From Pseudolysinimonas sp. (GTDB taxonomy: Bacteria > Actinomycetota > Actinomycetes > Actinomycetales > Microbacteriaceae), in the NCBI GenBank assembly GCA_035721225.1, contig DASTNC010000071.1:821-64820 (forward strand): a DNA stretch of 64,000 bases. Reading direction: 5' to 3'. Made by a program: the position numbers and the translations under genes. Positions 57,925 to 64,000 of the stretch are shown here, piece by piece; the stretch's first letter is position 1, and each line of letters opens with the position of its first letter. The notes below the pieces were generated by a model. That model saw nothing but the letters and a program-made list of their open reading frames with translations. It had not been told where the DNA came from and did not search any database.

Positions 57925-58689
57925 ATGGACAAGCCCATCGCCAGCGCGGACGACGCAGTCGCCGACATCCCGAATGGCGCCTCCCTCGCCGTCGGCGGGT
58001 TCGGCCTGGTCGGGGTGCCGATCACCCTGATCCGGGCGCTGCTGGCCCGCGGCACCTCCGACCTCTCGGTGGTGTCGAACAACTGCGGTGTGGACGGCTG
58101 GGGTCTGGGCCTGCTGCTGGATGCGCACCGCATCCGCCGCGTGACCGCCTCGTACGTCGGCGAGAACAAGGAGTTCGCGCGGCAGTACCTGGCCGGCGAA
58201 CTCGAAGTGGAGCTGACCCCTCAAGGCACGCTGGCCGAGCGGCTGCGCGCCGGAGGGGCGGGCATCCCGGCCTTCTACACGGCGACCGGGGTCGGCACGG
58301 TGGTGGCCGACGGCGGGATGCCGATCAGGTACGCGGCAGACGGCTCGGTCGAGCTGGCCTCCGGCCCGAAGGAGGTGCGGGAGTTCTCGACGTTCGGCGG
58401 GTCGAACTCGTATGTGCTGGAGCCGTCGATCGTGACCGACTACGCCCTGGTGCGGGCCGCGATCGGCGACCGCGCGGGCAACCTGCGCTTCGAGGAGTCG
58501 GCCCGCAACTTCAATCCGCCCGCCGCGATGGCGGGCAGGATCACCATCGCCGAGGTGGACCGCCTGGTCGACGTGGGCGAGCTCGCCCCCGACGACATCC
58601 ACCTGCCCGGGATCTTCGTCGACCGCGTCGTCGCGCTCACGGCCGAGCAATCCGCAGAACTGCCGATCGAGAAGGTCACGACCCGCTGA
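57925..58689 (+). CDS. scoA: 3-oxoacid CoA-transferase subunit A
   Basis: [41 protein letters not shown]. Confidence 0.9.
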   Translation: MDKPIASADDAVADIPNGASLAVGGFGLVGVPITLIRALLARGTSDLSVVSNNCGVDGWGLGLLLDAHRIRRVTASYVGENKEFARQYLAGELEVELTPQGTLAERLRAGGAGIPAFYTATGVGTVVADGGMPIRYAADGSVELASGPKEVREFSTFGGSNSYVLEPSIVTDYALVRAAIGDRAGNLRFEESARNFNPPAAMAGRITIAEVDRLVDVGELAPDDIHLPGIFVDRVVALTAEQSAELPIEKVTTR

Positions 58690-59333
58690 TGGCACTCACT
58701 CGCGAGGAGATGGCCGCCCGCGCCGCGCTCGAACTGCGCGACGGCAGCTACGTCAACCTCGGCATCGGTCTGCCCACGCTCATCCCGAGCCACCTGCCCC
58801 CGGGCATCGACGTGGTGCTCCATTCCGAGAACGGCGTGCTGGGCGTCGGGCCGTATCCGCACGAGGGCGAGGTCGACCCGAAGCTGATCAATGCCGGCAA
58901 GGAGACCGTGACCGTCATCCCGGGCGCCAGCTTCTTCGACTCCTCGCTCAGCTTCGCGATGATCCGCGGCGGGCGGGTGCAGACGGCCATCCTCGGGGCG
59001 ATGCAGGTCTCGGTGCGCGGCGACATCGCGAACTGGGCGGTGCCCGGCAAGCTCGTCAAGGGCATGGGCGGCGCGATGGACCTGGTCAACGGCGCGGAGC
59101 GCGTCATCGTCTTGATGGAGCACGTCGCCAAAGACGGCACCGCCAAGATCGTCGACGAGTGCAGCCTGCCGTTGACCGGCGTCGGATGCGTCGATCGGAT
59201 CATCACCGACCTCGCCGTCATCGACGTGACCGGCTCGGGTCTGGTGCTCGTCGAGACCGCGCCGGGCGTCTCGGTCGATGAAGTGCTCGCCGCCACGGGG
59301 GCCCCGCTGCGGGTGGAGCTCGCGGCCAGGTAG
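58689..59333 (+). CDS. scoB: 3-oxoacid CoA-transferase subunit B
   Basis: [10 protein letters not shown], catalytic SENG motif, [10 protein letters not shown]. Confidence 0.92.
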   Translation: MALTREEMAARAALELRDGSYVNLGIGLPTLIPSHLPPGIDVVLHSENGVLGVGPYPHEGEVDPKLINAGKETVTVIPGASFFDSSLSFAMIRGGRVQTAILGAMQVSVRGDIANWAVPGKLVKGMGGAMDLVNGAERVIVLMEHVAKDGTAKIVDECSLPLTGVGCVDRIITDLAVIDVTGSGLVLVETAPGVSVDEVLAATGAPLRVELAAR

Positions 59334-59396
59334 ATTGGCCGATGGAGCGCCGGGAAGTCTGGTCGGCAACACGTTCGCTGCGACCAGAAGGCGCCC

Positions 59397-60857
59397 ATGA
59401 CTGAGTTCGACTTCACCCTCGTCGTTCTGAGTTGCGCCGCCGCCGTGGTCGCTGCCGTGTTCTCGAATCGGCTGACCCGGCTGCTGCGGGTCCCGACGCC
59501 CGCGCTCTTCCTGGTGCTCGCGGCGATCGCCGCCCTGTTCCTGCCCCCGTTCAGCGACGGCTCCCGGGTCGTCGATCAGCGGGTCGTCAGCATCGCCCTG
59601 GTGTTCGTCCTCTTCGACGGCGGCATGCACATCGGGTGGTCCCGCTTTCGCACGTCGCTCGGCCCGATCGCCTGGATCGGGATCGCCGGCACCGCGGTGA
59701 CCGCCGGCGCCATCGCGGCGGCCTCGCACTTCGTGTTCGGGTTCGAGTGGCAGGCATCGCTGCTGCTGGGAGCGGCGCTCGCTCCGACGGACCCGGCCGT
59801 GGTGTTCTCGGTGCTCGGCCGACGACAGATCTCCGGTCGATCGGGCACCATCCTCGAGGGGGAGTCGGGCGCGAACGATCCGGTGGGCATCGCGCTGATG
59901 CTGACTCTGCTCGGGGTGACCGGCTCGGGCTGGCAGGCGGTGGGCAGCGGTGTCGCCGAGTTCGCGCTGCAACTCGCGATCGGCGCGGTCGTCGGCATCG
60001 GGGGAGGTCTGGCGCTGACGTGGCTGCTGCAACACAGCCGACTGGCTGACGGAGCGCTCAGTGCGATCCTGGCCGTGGCCGCCGCCGTGCTGCTCTACGG
60101 CGCCGCAACCGCTCTCGGAGGCTCGGGATTCCTGGCGGCGTTCCTCGCGGGCATCCTGGTCGGCGACGTGCGGGCGCCCTACAAGCAGGAGGTCGAGCGC
60201 TTCAGCTCGGGACTCGCGAGCTTGGCCGAGATCGCGGTGTTCATCCTGCTCGGGCTCAGCATCCGGCTCGGCGACGTGCTGCGGCCCGACGTGCTGCTGA
60301 CCGGGCTCGCGATCGCCGGGCTGCTCATCTTCGTGATCAGGCCGGTTCTCGTAGGGGTGCTGATCGCGCCGATCCGGCTGCGGCTCGGAGAGCGCGCCTT
60401 CGTGCTGTGGGCCGGACTGAAGGGCGCCGTGCCGATCCTGCTGGGGATGTTCATCCTCGGGTCGGGCGTGGCCGGCGCCCATCGGCTCTACGCGATCATC
60501 TTCATCGTGGTGCTGGTCTCCGTCCTGCTGCAGGGCGGCCTGGTCCCCGTGCTGGCGCGGGCGTTCCGGGTGCCGACCCGGGCGGTTCCGGTGCGGCCGT
60601 GGTCGCTCGATATCCGATTCGCCGACGAGCCGAACGGCCTGCACCGGCACATCGTCGCGGCGGGATCACCGGCCGACGGTCGCACGGTCGCCGAGGTCTC
60701 GGCGGGCGAAGACAGCTGGATCAGCCTGATCAGCCGTTCGGGGCGCAACATCCCGGTGCGCAACAGCACGCGACTCCAGTCGGGTGACGTCGTGCTGACG
60801 CAGGCGGACGGCGACGGCCTCCTGGCCTCGCAGTTCATGCCGCGCGAGCAGGCGTGA
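59397..60857 (+). CDS. Cation/H+ antiporter (CPA1, CvrA/NhaP2-like) with C-terminal TrkA-C domain
   Basis: LFDGG, APTDPA.VFS, ESGANDP, GLKGAVP. Confidence 0.9.
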   Translation: MTEFDFTLVVLSCAAAVVAAVFSNRLTRLLRVPTPALFLVLAAIAALFLPPFSDGSRVVDQRVVSIALVFVLFDGGMHIGWSRFRTSLGPIAWIGIAGTAVTAGAIAAASHFVFGFEWQASLLLGAALAPTDPAVVFSVLGRRQISGRSGTILEGESGANDPVGIALMLTLLGVTGSGWQAVGSGVAEFALQLAIGAVVGIGGGLALTWLLQHSRLADGALSAILAVAAAVLLYGAATALGGSGFLAAFLAGILVGDVRAPYKQEVERFSSGLASLAEIAVFILLGLSIRLGDVLRPDVLLTGLAIAGLLIFVIRPVLVGVLIAPIRLRLGERAFVLWAGLKGAVPILLGMFILGSGVAGAHRLYAIIFIVVLVSVLLQGGLVPVLARAFRVPTRAVPVRPWSLDIRFADEPNGLHRHIVAAGSPADGRTVAEVSAGEDSWISLISRSGRNIPVRNSTRLQSGDVVLTQADGDGLLASQFMPREQA

Positions 60858-60871
60858 GCGGCGGCGCACAA

Positions 60872-60914
60872 ACGCCCGGCCGAGTGCGATCCGCACGTCG
60901 CGTCGGCCGGGCGT
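60872..60914. terminator. Hairpin between the convergent antiporter and acs genes
   Basis: ACGCCCGGCCGA...TCGGCCGGGCGT. Confidence 0.65.
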
Positions 60915-60925
60915 AAGCGTGAGCA

Positions 60926-62908
<1,983 letters not shown>

Positions 62909-62923
62909 GAGTTGCTTCCTTCC

Positions 62924-63514
62924 TTAGCGCGGGGCGCCGACGGGCAGCACGGTGCGCTTCCACGTCGAGTTGATCACGGACGCTGCCGAGCCGTACCAGG
63001 CGAGCACCGCGGTGATGAGACCGAGGTAGCCGCCGATCTGCCCGATCGCCGCGACGCCGCTGAATGCGTGGATGGTGAGCAGCAGGAAGGTGATCGTCAG
63101 GGCGATGAACACCAACAGCACGATCCGGCTCGACTTGACGGCGCCGATGGTCATGTAGGCGGTGAAAATCGTCCAGGCCAGCAGGAACGCTCCGACTCCG
63201 GGCCCACCGGCCTTCTCGGCGCCTCCCGTGGTGAGGAGGAACCAGAAGGCGAGCCAGAACGCGCCGTACGAGCTGAAGGCGACAGCGCCGAAGGTGTTGC
63301 CCTTCACGAACTCCCACATGCCGGCAGCCAGTTGGGCGAGACCGCCGTAGAACAGTGCCAGGCCCAGCACCGCAACCCCGGCCCCCGCGATGAGTCCCGC
63401 GTTGGCGAGGCTCAGAACGAAGGTGGTCATGGCGAAGCCGGCCAGGCCGAGTGCGGCGGGGTCGGCCACGGTCGTGGCAAAGCGCGGTGCTGAGGTTTCT
63501 TGGGTCGAACTCAT
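62924..63514 (-). CDS. satP: Acetate uptake transporter (GPR1/FUN34/YaaH, SatP family)
   Basis: ADPAALGLAGFAMTT, FYGG, GNTFG..AF.SYGAFW; immediately upstream of acs. Confidence 0.9.
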   Translation of the reverse strand: MSSTQETSAPRFATTVADPAALGLAGFAMTTFVLSLANAGLIAGAGVAVLGLALFYGGLAQLAAGMWEFVKGNTFGAVAFSSYGAFWLAFWFLLTTGGAEKAGGPGVGAFLLAWTIFTAYMTIGAVKSSRIVLLVFIALTITFLLLTIHAFSGVAAIGQIGGYLGLITAVLAWYGSAASVINSTWKRTVLPVGAPR

Positions 63515-63662
63515 CGGATAGCACTCCTTTGTGTTAGTGGATGAAGCGTGCCGGCGGTGATGGCTTGGTGACTTCCTCCGGCGCCGACGGCCGAAAGTTT
63601 CGGGTCTCGCGGGGCGAATCGGCCCTGCTAGCATGCAGGCTACGGACACGCTGAAGTGCCCA

Positions 63663-63684
63663 ACTACCATCCGAAGTAGGTAGT
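63663..63684. promoter_or_regulatory. Inverted repeat, probable binding site of the adjacent regulator
   Basis: ACTACC-N10-GGTAGT. Confidence 0.55.
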
Positions 63685-63686
63685 CA

Positions 63687-64000
63687 TTGCCCCAGTCAGT
63701 CGCCACATCCGAGCACGATCTTCTTCATCGAAGCGTCAAAGAACTCACCAGGCTCACCGGATGCTCGGTAGCCTTCGGCGGGCTGACCTCTGCCGAGGGC
63801 ACGCCCCTGACGGCCTTCTGGGGGGCGAAAGCGCACAGTCTCGATGGAGTGCTCATCGAGCCCGCACACGGCTGCGGCGGGCTCGCGGCCGTGGATCGCA
63901 AACCCGTCGCAGCCACGAACTACCGTGAGTCGTCGATCATCACCCACGACTACGACCGAGAGGTGACCGCAGAGGGGATCGTGTCCCTGCTCGCGGTGCC
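63687..64000 (+). CDS. GAF-domain (RamA-like, probably GAF-LuxR) regulator, 5' part; continues beyond the window
   Basis: Manual translation from TTG: MPQSVATSEHDLLHRSVKELTRLTGCSVAFGG...GCGGLA...NYRESSIITHDYDREVTAEGIVSLLAV; divergent from satP-acs. Confidence 0.75.
   Translation, partial: MPQSVATSEHDLLHRSVKELTRLTGCSVAFGGLTSAEGTPLTAFWGAKAHSLDGVLIEPAHGCGGLAAVDRKPVAATNYRESSIITHDYDREVTAEGIVSLLAV

Noticed and set aside
57810-59333. Extended ORF starts (507-aa scoB, 677-aa GH5, 1056-aa GH5-CBM32, 463-aa SGNH) as fusions or frameshifts
   Set aside because: The extensions are off-frame overlaps with upstream genes or intergenic DNA; true starts with an RBS or stop/start coupling lie downstream
63696-63947. 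83-aa minus-strand ORF as a real gene
   Set aside because: It lies opposite the convincing + strand GAF regulator frame

Overview
High-GC actinobacterial DNA (gene style suggests Microbacteriaceae), almost entirely accessory catabolic loci. (1) 1-18.2 kb: sulfated-glycan locus with an FGE sulfatase maturase (partial, missed by the ORF track), an MFS/MarR pair, two intact sulfatases plus one internally deleted one, two GH2 enzymes, an SGNH esterase, a sugar ABC system and two ROK regulators. (2) 18.4-29.7 kb: beta-glucoside/glucan locus (GH5 with three CBM32 domains inserted into the barrel, GH1, ABC, second GH5, ROK). It lies between two ~170-bp att-like repeats carrying a tRNA(-Ser-like) 3' end, TGACAAC arm-type repeats and a terminator, with no intact integrase. 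(3) 32-43.2 kb: an IclR-associated 10-gene operon joining a betaine-type ABC importer, a formaldehyde-activating-enzyme (Fae) homolog, a beta-hydroxyacid dehydrogenase, a GabD-like ALDH and homologs of the uncharacterised E. coli ygcW-ygcU-ygcE trio; this is the best candidate for an undescribed pathway. (4) 44.5-56.6 kb: a 12.1-kb rhamnoside/sugar-acid cassette bounded by a perfect 44-bp duplication of the 3' end of an acyl-CoA dehydrogenase gene, with no recombinase. (5) 56.6-64 kb: acyl-CoA dehydrogenase, CoA transferase, cation/H+ antiporter, acs, satP and a partial RamA-like regulator. No intact tRNA, rRNA or CRISPR array was seen. All family calls come from motif recognition by eye, not from database searches.
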